64,000 nucleotides of DNA from Octopus sinensis (GCF_006345805.1 NC_043002.1:95294001-95358000), one strand, 5' to 3'; positions 1 to 12,389 are shown, numbered from the stretch's first letter. Made by a program: numbers and translations. The notes: generated by a model not told the origin, from the letters alone.

Positions 1-855
1 TTTTTATATAAGTTTGGTAAATATATCTGTTAGAATAAGATGTTGGTGTTATTTTCATTTTTGTGTAGACAACAGTATATTCACTGCACCCTGTATGTAT
101 CTAAACACACTCACACACACATATGGTTGAAAAGGGAGGTTAAGAGTTCATACAAATCAAAGGTTATTGGTAGAAAGTAAAGGTTGCACCAGCACAGAAT
201 TATGTTTAAAGAATTTTTTACTCTTTTACTCTTTTGTTGTGTATGTCCATCTTATTAAATATTAAAAATTTGAAGTCAAGGATTAGGACATAAGAAAAAA
301 ATTGGAAATTTAAACAATTTGTTCTCATATTCTGTGCCTAGTTAAGAATGTGTGTGTGTGTAGATAGGTAGGTCCATAGATAGCTCATTTAACATCTATG
401 TTTCATGGCGGCATGCATGGGTTTGATTGGATCTGATTGTGTTCTAGTGTCTGCTTTGGCTTGGTCTCTAATGGCTGGATATACTTTCTAACACCAACTA
501 CTTTACTGTGCGTACTGGGCACATTATTTCATGCCATTAACACTATTAAGGTTGCTCTGCAGCTCTCATAGCAATGAACCTTAAGGGAGGGAGTGTCAGC
601 TTTATGCTAAGGGACAAGAGATTAAAAGGGAGTACAGAGCAGGTTCTTGTAAAAGAACTGCATGGATAATCTTTGTTTATAAACCTTTTCAACTCTTTAT
701 ATAACATGTGATTCTTCTATATTGTAATAATATGTAGATAGTTTGCCTTGTTATTCTTGTCCATACCTGTTCAATAATATGGTCATTTTATTATTCTCTG
801 CTGTGATTGTTCATTTGTTCATATCATCCTCTTCTGTTCTGTACCTTTTTATCAA

Positions 856-1400
856 CATCATCATTTAACGTCTGTTTTCCATACTGACATAGGTTGGACA
901 GTTTGACAGAGGCTGGCTAACCTGAGAGCTACACTAGGCTCCAATCCTCTGTTTTGGTCTGGTTTCTACAGCTGAATACCTTTCCTAGTGCCAACCATTT
1001 TACAGAGTGTACTGGGTACTTCTCACATCACACTGGCATGGGTGCTTGTTACATAGCACCAGCATGGGTGCCTATCACGGGCAAAATGCGTAGCCGTATT
1101 TCGTCTGTCATTACGTTGTGAGTTCAAATTCCGCCGAGGACGACTTTGCCTTTCATCCTTTTGGGGTCGATAAATTAAGTACCAGTTACGCACTGGGGTC
1201 GATGTAATCGACTTAATACCTATGTCTGTCCTTGTTTTTCCCCTCTGTGTTTAGCCCCTTGTGGGTAATAAAGAAATAGGTACTGGTACGGGTGCTTTAT
1301 ACGTGGCACCAACACAGGTGCTTGTTACATGGAACCAGCATGGGTGCTTTTTATGTGGCACCAGCAAAAGTGCTTTTCACACTGTATGAAATCCCCAGCA
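856..1400 (-). mobile_element. 5'-truncated RTE-LINE 3' tail with short tandem units, interrupted by a SINE
   Basis: Begins CATCATCATTTAACGTC (reverse of the (GAT)n tail). Continues with CTTTCCTAGTGCCAACCA and repeated GGGTGCTT..GCACCAGCAT units, the same tail as at 7000-7440. Confidence 0.7.
1076..1280 (+). mobile_element. SINE family B, 5'-truncated and young, nested in the RTE tail
   Basis: GAGTTCAAATTCC B-box-like motif, core GACTTTGCCTTTCATCCTTTTGGGGTCGATAAATTAAGTACCAG, CpG-rich. A near-identical reverse copy lies at 54590-54826. Confidence 0.8.
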
Positions 1401-1407
1401 CTGTCAT

Positions 1408-1775
1408 ACTTACTCTTTTACTTGTTTCAGTCATTTGACTGCTGCCATGCTGGAGCACTGCCTTTAGTCGAGCAAATCGACTCCAGGACTTATTCTTTGT
1501 AAGCCTAGTACTTATTCTATCAGTCTCTTTTGCTGAACCGCTAAGTTACGGGGATGTGAACACACCAGCATCAGTTGTCAAGCGATGATGGGGGGGGGAA
1601 ACACAGACATACAAACATACACACACACACACATACATATATATGCATATATACGACAAGCTTCTTTCAGTTTCCGTCTACCAAATCCACTCACAAGGCT
1701 TTGGTCACCGTGAGGCTATAGTAGAAGACTCTTTCCCAAGGTGCCACACAGTGGGACTGAACCCGGAACCATGTT
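1408..1775 (-). mobile_element. tRNA-derived SINE family A
   Basis: TACTCTTTTACTTGTTTCAGTCATTTGACTG...AAATCCACTCACAAGGCTTTGG...GGGACTGAACCCGGAACCATG, repeated more than 15 times in the window. Confidence 0.85.
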
Positions 1776-1779
1776 GTTC

Positions 1780-2200
1780 ATACTTGTACATATATTCTAT
1801 TTTCATTAAGACTGCTCAACCAGAAGCAGTCACTAAGTGTTCCTTCACATCTTGCATATATTCTTCAGTTACATTTTGGATTCTCCTTCAATAAATGCTT
1901 TTGGTGGTAGGCTTTAGTTTTGTGCTACCATAAAAAAAAAAATTCGATCATTCTCAGGTTTGAGTTCTGTCAACTCTCAGCCTGTGCAGAGATTATTCTT
2001 TATCCATTTTACTTTGTTCAGAATTGTCATGTATAGGCCATGTAGGTGTTTTACTTGTCAGCATCTATCTTGCCATGACAAATTTTAATCCCACATTCAG
2101 CTTAGCTTTGCAGGTTGTCATTTTTATTCTTTCTCTATCTCCATTCTCCTTGTAGCTATCAATACCTTAGCCGCAGTTTTATATTTGTTGACTTCTTCTT
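1780..2200 (-). mobile_element. highly decayed non-LTR retrotransposon C-terminal fragment
   Basis: The minus strand reads ...LHGLY...ELKPENDRIFFFMVAQN*SLP..., resembling the LKxETEGFIxAAQDQSL motif upstream of the CCHC knuckle. Many stops. Confidence 0.35.
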
Positions 2201-2339
2201 TGAAAAACAGAAGCATTTTTTTTTTTTTTGGTTCATATTTTGCAGCTATTTGAATTTTCTGTCATTTATTTGTTTTTTATTATTATTATTATTATTATGA
2301 TAATAATAATAATAATTATTATTATTATTATTATAATAT

Positions 2340-2560
2340 ATAGATGGCAAGCTGACAGAAGTGTTAGCGTGCTGGATGAAATGCTTAGTAGTATTTCATC
2401 TGTTTTTACATTTTTAGTACAAATTCTGCTGAGGTTAACTTTGCCTTCTATCCTTTCAGGGTCACTAAATTAAGTACCAGTCAAGCATTGGGATTTACAT
2501 AATCAGCTAGTCCCTTCCTCCCAAAATTTCAATCCTTGCACCTATAGTAGAAAGTGTTAT
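2340..2560 (+). mobile_element. SINE family B, diverged copy
   Basis: GGCAAGCTGACAGAAGTGTTAGC...GAGGTTAACTTTGCCTTCTATCCTTTCAGGGTCACTAAATTAAGTACCAG. Confidence 0.7.
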
Positions 2561-3479
2561 TATATATATATATATACTAGCACTGCACCCCAGCATTGCT
2601 TGGGTGTTATGACCTATAGCCACATTGTATTATTTGTTCCTTTCTTATGGGCAGAATCGGCACACAGAATGCAAAGCAAACAGCTCTTCTTTATAAACAT
2701 GGTTTTTGGTCATTTTCTGATAAACAACGCTGCAGTTTCTATCTACCAAATTCAGTTACTAGTCTGTGTTTGGCCTAGGGCTATAGTAAAAGAACACTTG
2801 CCCAAGGTATCATGCAGAGAGACTGAACATGGAACCATGTGGTTGGGAAGCAAACTTCTCAACCACACAGCCATTCTTGCACCTAATGTGTGTGTGTGTG
2901 TGTGTGTGTTGACATTTGTTGTTAAATCAAATATTGTGTCCCACCACTATGTTTCAAAATTAGCAGTTCATCAAGCAGGGATCTATAAAATAAATGCCAG
3001 ATTGAAAGACATATTGAGGTCAGTATGATCAATTAAATTTTTGAAGGTGATACCCCATCATAGTGACAGTTGAAGGACTAAACCCAGTAAAAGAATGTCT
3101 AAAGACTTAATGGCTTCAAATTTAAGGTAATGAATTACTAACCGCAAGATAATGAGTTCAAAATTTTGTATTGAACTTCCACTGTATACGATTACACTAT
3201 ATGTACATCTCAGTCTACAATTGTAATTTGAAGTTGAATGACTAGTAGTAAAAAACATGTCCAGATTTCTTTTAAAATTATTGTGCAAAATATTTGCACA
3301 ATATACATTTGTACAAGTTGGCTCCAAGTCTCACCCAGAGACCTCAAGAGACAAGTTGGAAATTCATGTTGGTGTTATGCCTAGGGTGCCATATATTTGA
3401 TTTTGTACTTAGTGTTTTATTATCATCATCATCATTATTATCATTCAATCAATTTCCATAGCCTAGATGGCTGTCGATG

Positions 3480-4680
3480 CACAGCTAGAGAGGTAACCTT
3501 CAACCTTTCCTGGTTATTCAACCAGTGATCATCAGCTGTAAACGACTTTGATTGATGTTTGTCCATGCATAACCATGATTTTCGCTAGATGTATTATGTC
3601 ATAGCGAATGAGCCAGATCACTCCCATGTTTTAACAACTGACCAAGCAGTTTCCTGGTTCAGTCTTCCCGACAATGTCTTACTTAACATTTCTTAGTTCA
3701 ATATTCTGAATGCAAAACATCATTGTATAACATTTCATTTCAAGAACCATGATCCTTTTTTCACATTTTGAATATCAGAAATCCGTAATTCACATCCGGA
3801 ATGTACAAATGAAATTACTATTGCTTTAAAAAAAATAAATAAATCTCTGTTTCTATTGAAATCTTGTTATCGTTCCAAATAGGATCTAATTTTGCTAAAG
3901 CCTTTGTAACTATTTCAATATGGCATTCTGCTTCTTTTATGGATCCCTCATCTTCCATTATTTCCTTTTCTTTTTTTTTTCTCAAATATTTTGATCCATC
4001 AATTTGTTTAAGCGTCTTGTCTGTTATTTCAATTAGACTGACTTGTTTTCTTTTTTCTAGCTATTATTTTCTGTTCTACAGCACTTATTTCCATTCCATG
4101 TCTCCTTGTAGTTTCATCCATTTCAATGCTTACATTTGTATCAAGACATTTTATTTTTCTTTAGATTTCAAGGTTCCCCATTACACTCTGTTGAATTAGC
4201 ATCACCGATAAAACAGTGATTACTGTCTTCTCTACCTCTTCCTTTAACATTTCCTCCAAAAGACTCAAGTTCTTCCAACATCATATATTTTAGAAACACA
4301 TCACAAAGGCTACAACAACTGTTGTCTTAAACCAGTTATTTGGTGAATTTCCAACCAAAAACCAGACAATTCATATTATGACTTTATAACATTTACTACT
4401 GGTAGGCTGGTGTCATATTTTCTCATAAGCCATAATGACCATGTCATACATACATTAAAGCTTCTTTTTTTTATTTTTTATTTTTCAATCAATGAAGTTA
4501 TGGTAAATGTCTGACCAATATTCCAAATATCGTTTCCTTCTACAATATCGATATTACAGACCTGTTTAATAAAGTTGCTTTTGCCCTTTTTGAAAACAAG
4601 CTTGTGTTTCACTAAATATCATTTTTATTGTTGGTTTCACTTGAACAAGTAAAATGTATAACAAAACCTTGCTTGAATAG
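3480..4680 (-). mobile_element. decayed RTE-clade LINE, reverse transcriptase region
   Basis: Minus-strand remnants: IFSETQACFQKG (xxQAGFRKG), KYLEYWSDIYHNFID, IDGSKYL...EAECHIEIVTKALAKLDPIWNDNKIS, and a C-terminal W.GH-like block. Stops and frameshifts throughout. Confidence 0.7.
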
Positions 4681-4860
4681 CTAATTAAACTAATTGCATG
4701 GTTGTTAATTGTTATTATTACTGTTATGCTCTTGGTGGTAGTTGTATCCATCACCGTTACCACCAACACTGTCATCTCGAGATAAAACACCACACATATC
4801 AAATTTTGTTTCTCTGGAATCAATAAAAAAATCCACAGTAATATATTGCTATTGATTAGT

Positions 4861-5167
4861 GGAGGCACATGGCCTAGTGGTTAGAGAAGCGGACTCGCAG
4901 TCGAGGGATCGTGGGTTCGAATCTCAGACCGGGCAATGTATGTGTTTATGAGTGAAACACCTAAGCTCCACGTGGCTCCGGCAGAAGGTAATGGCAAACT
5001 TCTGCCGACTCTTTCGCCACAACTTTCTCTCACTCTTTCCTCCTGCATCTAGCAGCTCACCTGCGACAAACTGGCGTCCCGTCCAGGTGGGGAACCTATA
5101 CACCAATGAAACCGGGAAACCGGCCCTTATGAGCCAGGCATGGCTCAAGAAGGAACAAACAAACAAA
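4861..5167 (+). mobile_element. tRNA-derived SINE family C, full length
   Basis: Pol III A-box TGGCCTAGTGG and B-box GGTTCGAATC, then an unrelated body ending in (CAAA)n. Head and body are shared with 25928-26310. Confidence 0.85.
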
Positions 5168-5894
5168 TTGCTATTGATTCAGTTAAAGCAGTATATAACT
5201 GGTACTTCTGAATTCAGTTAAATTAAATTTCTCTTCCAGTAGAATTTTTAAAATATACAGTGTGCAGTTTTTACCAAGGCTGGAATTGAACTAATGCTGT
5301 TAGTCATAGAGCAGTTTACTACACCTCCGTTTGAGTAGTGTAAGTTGTTGAGAGCTAAATGTTTAGACAGTAGATACATTACGATCTCAGTGACAGGACA
5401 AGCAGAAATTTTTTGATTGTGCTACAGTACTTTATAAACTCTGCTATTCACACTTCTCTATGTGCATGTGTAATGTACACCATCATCATATTTGCATCTT
5501 CTTTTGCTGCTTGCCTAAGTCAGATGGGATTTTTTGAGGCAGAATTTCGGTGACCAGATGCCCTTCTTGTTATCAGTCCTCTACTATTTCCAGACATGCT
5601 TTTCATGGAAGATCAGAAACAAATTATACTACTCATGCGGTGCTGATGCTCATTTAATGCTATCATATAATATCAAGACAAGAATGTGTGCGAACACATG
5701 CACACACTCACACACATGCATACACACAAAAACCTTTCAGTTTCATTCTACTAAATCCACTCCCAAGACTTCCATTGACCCTAGGCTTCAGTAGTAAGCA
5801 ATAGACACTTGCCAAAGGTGCCATGCTCTACGACTGAACCCAAAGCCATGTGATTGGAAAACAAAAATTCTCAGTCACATAGCCATGCTTATAG

Positions 5895-6299
5895 GTATGT
5901 GTGTATGGATGTTTGTATGTATGTATATATACATATATATGTTTGTATATATGTATATGTACATATGCAAGAATATATACATATGCATGTATGTATACGT
6001 ATGTATATGTATGTATATATAGACATATGTATAATATATATATATATACATATGTATATGTATGTATGTATATATAATATATATATATATATGTGGGTAT
6101 GTATGTATATATATATTATATATATATATATATGTGGGTATGTATGTATATATATACATATGTATATGTATGTATATATATATATTTATATGTATGCATA
6201 TATATGTATGTATGTATGTATATAAATAATGAGGGTAAAAAATTTATATCAACTTGATTAATATCAATTTAAACCAGTTTCAGATTTTTTTTTATATGC

Positions 6300-6361
<62 letters not shown>

Positions 6362-6484
6362 TATATAGGTGTGTGTGTGTGTTTATGTATATATGCATGT
6401 GTGTATGTATGTGTGTGTATATATATATATGTATGTGTGTGTATATATATATGTGTGTGTGTGTGTATATATATATGTGGTATG

Positions 6485-6524
<40 letters not shown>

Positions 6525-6682
6525 GGTATGTATGTATATATATACATATGTATATGTATGTATATATATATATTTATATGTATGCATATATATGTATGTA
6601 TGTATATAAATAATGAGGGTAAAAAATTTATATCAACTTGATTAATATCAATTTAAACCAGTTTCAGATTTTTTTTTATATG

Positions 6683-6745
<63 letters not shown>

Positions 6746-7000
6746 TATATAGGTGTGTGTGTGTTTATGTATATATGCATGTGTGTATGTATGTGTGTGT
6801 ATATATATATATGTATGTGTGTGTATATATATATGTGTGTGTGTGTGTATATATATATGTGTGTGTGTGTTTATATGTGTGTGTGTATATATGTGTGCGT
6901 ATGTGTGTTTATATGTGTGTGTATATATATGTATATGTGTGTATATATGTGTGTGTGTGTTTATATATATATGTGTGTATATGTATGTATGTATGTGTAT
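5895..7000. repeat. compound (TA)n/(TG)n/(TATG)n microsatellite block containing a ~384-bp tandem duplication
   Basis: Direct inspection. The non-microsatellite core AAATAATGAGGGTAAAAAATTT...CAGATTTTTTTTTATATGCA occurs at ~6224 and ~6608. Confidence 0.95.
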
Positions 7001-8590
7001 ATCATCATCATCATTTAACATCCGCTTTCCATGCTGGCATGGGTTGGATGGCTTTAGACTGTAGTGGGTGCTTTTTACGTGCCACCAGCACAGGAGCCAG
7101 TCAGGCAGGCTTGGCATTGATCACGTTCAGATTGTGCTTTTTATGTGTCACCGGTATGAAGGCCAGTCAAGAGGTACTGGCATTGGCTACATTCAGATGG
7201 TGTTTTTTACATGCCACTGGCACAGGAACCAGCCAGGGGGCACTTATATTGGCCATGTCCAGATGGTGCTTTTTATGGCAGTGGGAGCCAGTCAGTGGGT
7301 ACTGGCATCAGTCACATTCAGGTGGTGCTTTTTTATGTGACACTGGCATGGGAGCCAGTCAGGCGAACCTGGCATTGACCACATTCGGATGGTGTTTGTT
7401 ACATGTCACTGGCCACAACTACGATATTGGTCTTACTTGACTCAACAGGTCTTCTCAAGCATATATCGCCTGATGCATCAAGGGTATTCTTAACTGGGCC
7501 AGACATACATGGCTGTGATCTCACTTTAGTTGCCTTATCTTCTTAATCACAGCATATCTCCAAAGGTCTCAGTCTCCTGTCATTGGCTCTGTGAAGCCCA
7601 ATGTTCGAAGGTCATGCTTCACGACCTCATCCCATGTCTTCCTGCATCTACCCCTTCTACTAGGTTCCTTAAGTAGTGACACTTCCTCACACAGCTGTCC
7701 TCATCCATATGTAACACTTGGCCATACCAGTGCAGTTGTCTCTCTTGCACACCATATTTGATGCTTCTTATGCTCAACTTTTCTCTCAGAGTGCTTATAC
7801 TCTGTTGTGAATGCACACTGACATTACACATCCAGTAGATCATACTAACTTCATTTCGTTCAAGCCTACACTCGTCCTCAGCAGTCTACCTTTCATTCTG
7901 AGCAAGAGGTCCTCAGTTTCCAGCAGAGGTAGGAGCTCCCTGAACTTTGCCCAGCCTATTCTTATTCTAACCACTACACTCTCAGAGCAACCACTCCCAC
8001 TACTGATGTAGTCGCCTAGGTAGCGGAAGCTATTAACTACTTCTAATTTCTCCCCCTGGCATGTGATGGAATCTGTTTTCTGTACATCTTCCATGTTTAT
8101 TGCCCCTGTGTATCTGCCTCACTAAAAGCTATTTTCCCGGTTAACTTTCCTTTGATATTGCTGCACCTTTTAGATGTCCATAGCTTACACCAGGTACATC
8201 ATATAGAGTTTCTACCCATGCCTTACAAGAAATATAACATCAGTGGTGTTTCTGCCTGGCGCAAAACCAAACTGCATCGCATTTAGGCTAACTCCCTAAT
8301 TAGTTGGGTTATGATCCTCTCTGTAATTTTCATCATCTGATCCAATAATTTGATAATCCTATAGTTACTTCTGTCTAAAGCATCACCTTTACCCTTGTAG
8401 CAGTTGACTGTGGTGCTGCTACACCAGTCATTGGGTATGACTCCTTCATGGACTACATGATTTACAATGTGGGTGACAAGACCATAACACACCCCGCCCA
8501 ATATTTTAAGCATCTCAATGGTGATTCCTGATGGGCCAGGTGCTTTCCCTGTCTTCATATCCTTAATTGCTTTATCCACCAGGGTCCTCT
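7000..8590 (-). mobile_element. RTE-clade LINE with internally deleted RT, 3' UTR, ~66-bp VNTR and (GAT)n tail
   Basis: ORFs 8283-8612 (DKAIKDMKTGKAPGPSGI...KGDALDRSNYR), 7840-8094 (KLEVVNSFRYLGD...RIRIGWAKFRELLPLL) and 7619-7843 (QERQLHWYGQV), followed by UTR and tail. Confidence 0.9.
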
Positions 8591-9060
8591 TCCATTCATA
8601 CCACATAACCATACCAGTGCAGTCATCTTTCTTGCACGCGTCATCTGATGCTTCTTAGGTCCAACGTTTCTCTCAACACACTTACACACTGTCGTGTATG
8701 CACCCTGATATTACACATCCAGCAGGGCATACTGGCTTCATTCCTTGCAAGCTTACGCATGTCATCTGCACTCATGGCCCATGTTCCACTGCCATGTAGC
8801 ATGGCTGTTCATACACATGCTTCATACTGTCTATATTTTGCTCTGAGTGAGAGGTAGGACCTCTCTCAGCTTTACCCAGGCTATTCTTATTCTGGCAGCT
8901 ACACGTTCAGAGCATCCACCCCTGCTACTGACTTGGTCACCTAGGTAATGGAAGCTGTCAGCTACTTCTAGTTTTTCTCCCTGGAATGTGACATAAGTTG
9001 TTCTCTGCACATTTCCAGTCTTTATTGCTACTGAGCATCTGCCATTTAGCTTTTCTGCTG
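8585..9060 (-). mobile_element. second RTE-LINE fragment (post-RT region) fused upstream of the first
   Basis: Minus strand reads FQGEKLEVADSFHYLGD..GGCSERVAARIRIAW...LHGSGTWAMSADDMRKL, repeating the region present at 7700-8100. Confidence 0.8.
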
Positions 9061-9647
9061 TCTCATATCAGTATCCCTATATAAACCATAAACCCTGTTT
9101 TTCAAAATCTTCTAGCCTTTAGATTGTTTCTTTGTTTCTTCAGATTGTAGGAATACGTTTTCAGGGTGCAGATTGTGTTTCAGAGAATAAGGGTATTAGC
9201 CTAATTTCAAGTTGCCAGCTTATACCCCATGTGATTCTGATCATGTTCCTTATTCTTCCAAATGTAGATGACAGGTTAACCCTTCTCTCAAGCATAGAGA
9301 AAGAAATCTCAACTTCTTTTTTAGAAACTTTTCATTGTTAACTAATTTAGGATTATTATGCATCTTAATTAATAGTTACTAATGAGTATGATATTTTCAA
9401 GTTATTTTAGCATAGCTACATCAAAAGAAATTAGGACCATAACTGAAGTTAAAAATCTTAGTCACAAACAGGTTCTACTTCAATGCACCACTGTCTTAAC
9501 TATTCTAATATTCTGTAACATCTTTATTTCCTGCAATTCTATTTTCTTTCTTTTTTTTTCTTTTTCTATTTATCTTTCATACTTTTACAGATTGTTTGGT
9601 TTTCCTGATATGACATTTTCAAAATCTAATCTCTAATTCTCTCTTTT

Positions 9648-9685
<38 letters not shown>

Positions 9686-11399
9686 TCAAAAATAAGAGAC
9701 TGCACTGCGTAGTAAAATGTTTTAGAAACACAACATTTCTGTTTTAATTCTTAAATCTTTAAATATTCAATAAGTTATTTTCTAATATATTTTGTTTTAC
9801 ATTTACGAATTACAATAATCTCTCTCTCCCTCTCTCACTGTCTCTCTCCTCTCTGTTTCACTCTCTGACACACACACAGTCTTTATTACAATTGCTCATG
9901 TTGAAAAATATCAGTGCTAATTTACTTGACATTTCTCAAGATTCAGTTCGAAAATATTGCCAAGTAATTACGCATGAAAATACAAACTTTAACCCATTTC
10001 ATTTGGTATAGAGAAGATAATGGTAATGATCATTTCTGAACGATTTCTTAAATCAAACTATGAAATTGTTGTTGTTGTTGTTTTTATTTTATTGACTTGT
10101 TATTATAAAAGTAATCAGTTTTTAATTTCATTATTAAAGAGTTTTAAAGTTTAGAGTTAATTTGAAGATGCCATAATTAGTTTTCGAGTGTCTAAGCGAC
10201 TAATATATCTGCATTATCAAAGATTACTTTAGCCACTGTTATCTCAAAACCGGCTCTTACAAAATAGTGTGCATTAAGAGTCTTCATTAATCTTCACCTC
10301 AAGTCACTATTATGCCAATTTTTGACAAAAATTATGAAAATTCACCATTTATCACATCTATAAATTTATAAGATATTTTTCCTGACAAACTGATATTTTA
10401 GAAATGACAAATGTAAATTTCTTTGAAGTTATTAATTTTAACAAACTCATGTGCATAAGTACCCGCAAACCCATGTGCACATACATGCACATGCATGCAC
10501 TGACAAACACATACCAGCCTGCTTTTTCTTGAATCTCTCAGCTGCTGGATTTGAATTTTTGCGGAGCAAGTGTAACATGGGCTGTGTGATTGAGCAGTTC
10601 CTTTTGTGTCCACTATGCAATGTCATGAGCAAGTGTCTTCTACCAAAGCCTCAGAATGATCTTTACTTTGGAAGTGAAATCAAAATAGCCAAAAAAACTG
10701 TTCAGAAGATTGTTATGACTGCACGCACACACACGTGAGTCTGTGTGTATTTGTCACTGTTATATAAAGATTTGTCACTGTTGTACAAAGAAAATAAATA
10801 TCAGTGGAAAAACCAAAAAAAGCGCATATTTTTCAAAGTAACTTGAGATATTAGTTTTACATCTTGTTACAGACACCCACTTGATGCACTGACTGTCAGA
10901 GATACATTGAATCAGTAATTAGCTGTTGGAAAACTAGTAACCAAGGGTAGCTGTTGATCACCAGTTGGGGGTCATCATTTTTCTCATCATTTCACATCAG
11001 CTTTCCATTGTAGCATGAGTTTCAGGAGTTGTCTCAAGCCAACTCTATAGTTATTCAAAGTTACTACCCCTCTCCACTAGATGGGGCAGAGGACCATATC
11101 ATGCTCATGCATTCCATTTTGGATTGATTTCCATCACTAAAAGCCCTTCAGAACATCAGCAACTTTACAAAGGGTATTGGGTGCATTTTATTGCGACACT
11201 AACACCAGTAAGATACCTTTGTTCTCTGCAAGACCAGAGAGCCCTCACTACTCTTCATTGCCTCCATTCATTCAATACAACATAATCTGAAGGTTGAATA
11301 GAAGATGGTAATGACAGAGAAAGTGTAGAGGACACTAGACATAAGACTATAAGGATGGTAAATGCTGAATTGTTAATCTAATATTGGTTTTGATTTTTG

Positions 11400-11590
11400 G
11401 CACAAGGCTAGCAAGTTCAGGGGCAGGGATGAGTTGATCATAGCAATCCCTGAGCTCAACTGGTACTTATTTTATTGACCCCCAAAAGGATGAAAGGCAA
11501 AGTCAACCTCAGCAGAACTTGAACTCAGAACTTATTGACAGACAATGCTGCGACACATTTTGCCCAGCATGCTAACAATTCTCACCCCGT
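11400..11590 (-). mobile_element. SINE family B, diverged copy
   Basis: TGGTACTTATTTTATTGACCCCCAAAAGGATGAAAGGCAAAGTCAACCTCAGCAGAACTTGAACTC is the reverse of the family B core. Confidence 0.7.
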
Positions 11591-11953
11591 TCAGTTATGA
11601 ATGACCATGAGACTGCACCTAGAAGGTTCCCCTCTGAGGCACAAGTCTGGACGAGGTTGTTTATGGAAGACCAGCAGTTGCCCATGCATACCAGCCTCCC
11701 CTCTCCATGTCACCAATGTTATCCAAGGGAAAGACAATTGCCAATACAACTTGATACTTACTAGTGATGTCACAACTCATTTCTACAGCTGAGATAACTG
11801 GTGCAGCATGAAATAAAGTGTCTTGCTCTAGAACACAGCACACAGCCCAGTCCGAGAATCGAACTCACTGCCTCATGACTGTGAGTTCAATGCTCTAACC
11901 ACTGAGCCATGCACTTTCATTACCTGATATTAATACTAGCATTATTTAATTGT

Positions 11954-12181
11954 TTAACCCTTTAGCACTCACATTATTCTATCAAAAGTAATGCTCATTT
12001 ATTCACTTAATTTTGAATTAATCATGCATTATCTTGTAGCTTTGAGATTTTAATGAAGTAACTATTAATTTTCGGAATGATATTGTAGGATTGGTTGAGG
12101 GTCCATATTTGGCCAGTTTGAACATAAAGCAGGAAAAAATATTTGGACCTAATATGGCTGGTGTAAATGCTGAAGGGTTAA
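11954..12181. mobile_element. piggyBac-type MITE family 1
   Basis: TTAA|CCCTTTAGCA...TGCTGAAGGG|TTAA. An inverted sister copy lies at 22089-22317. Confidence 0.8.
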
Positions 12182-12244
12182 ATATAACTAAAAGTAAATG
12201 CTTCATATTTGTTTTCAGTTTGCAAGATTTTTTTTATGTGAATT

Positions 12245-12389
12245 CTAGGGAGAGTCATTATGCAAATAACAATAAACACGTAAACAATAAAGGAGTGAAG
12301 TTGAACACCTAAGCAATTGTCTAACTATATTGTAGTGAAGTTGAGCTAGCGCACGTGTTTACTATTATTGGTATAATGACCTTCCCTAG
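12245..12389. mobile_element. short MITE-like element with 37-bp imperfect terminal inverted repeats
   Basis: 12245-12281 CTAGGGAGAGTCATTATGCAAATAACAATAAACACGT matches the reverse complement of 12353-12389 at 31 of 37 positions. Confidence 0.6.

Noticed and set aside
4470-4562. Possible terminal exon on the minus strand (VCNIDIVEGNDIWNIG...)
   Set aside because: Another frame of the same bases matches RTE reverse transcriptase (KYLEYWSDIYHNFID), so it is part of the LINE relic.
4861-4935. tRNA-like sequence (also 25928-26003)
   Set aside because: The A/B boxes are present, but the acceptor stem is not closed and the sequence continues into a repeated SINE body.
5854-7117. Many 80-227-aa ORFs rich in Y/I/V/C/M/H/T
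   Set aside because: They are translations of (TA)n/(TG)n/(CA)n microsatellites. The same applies to 43736-44303, 19909-20178 and 56849-57109.
7068-7410. CRISPR-like array
   Set aside because: The units are diverged tandem repeats without unique spacers, within a eukaryotic LINE UTR, and no cas genes are present.
9060-9340. Possible Penelope N-terminal remnant (RFLSLCLREGL); similar purine/pyrimidine-skewed blocks at 29300-29650 and 60520-60780
   Set aside because: The similarity is too short and degenerate to support without a search.
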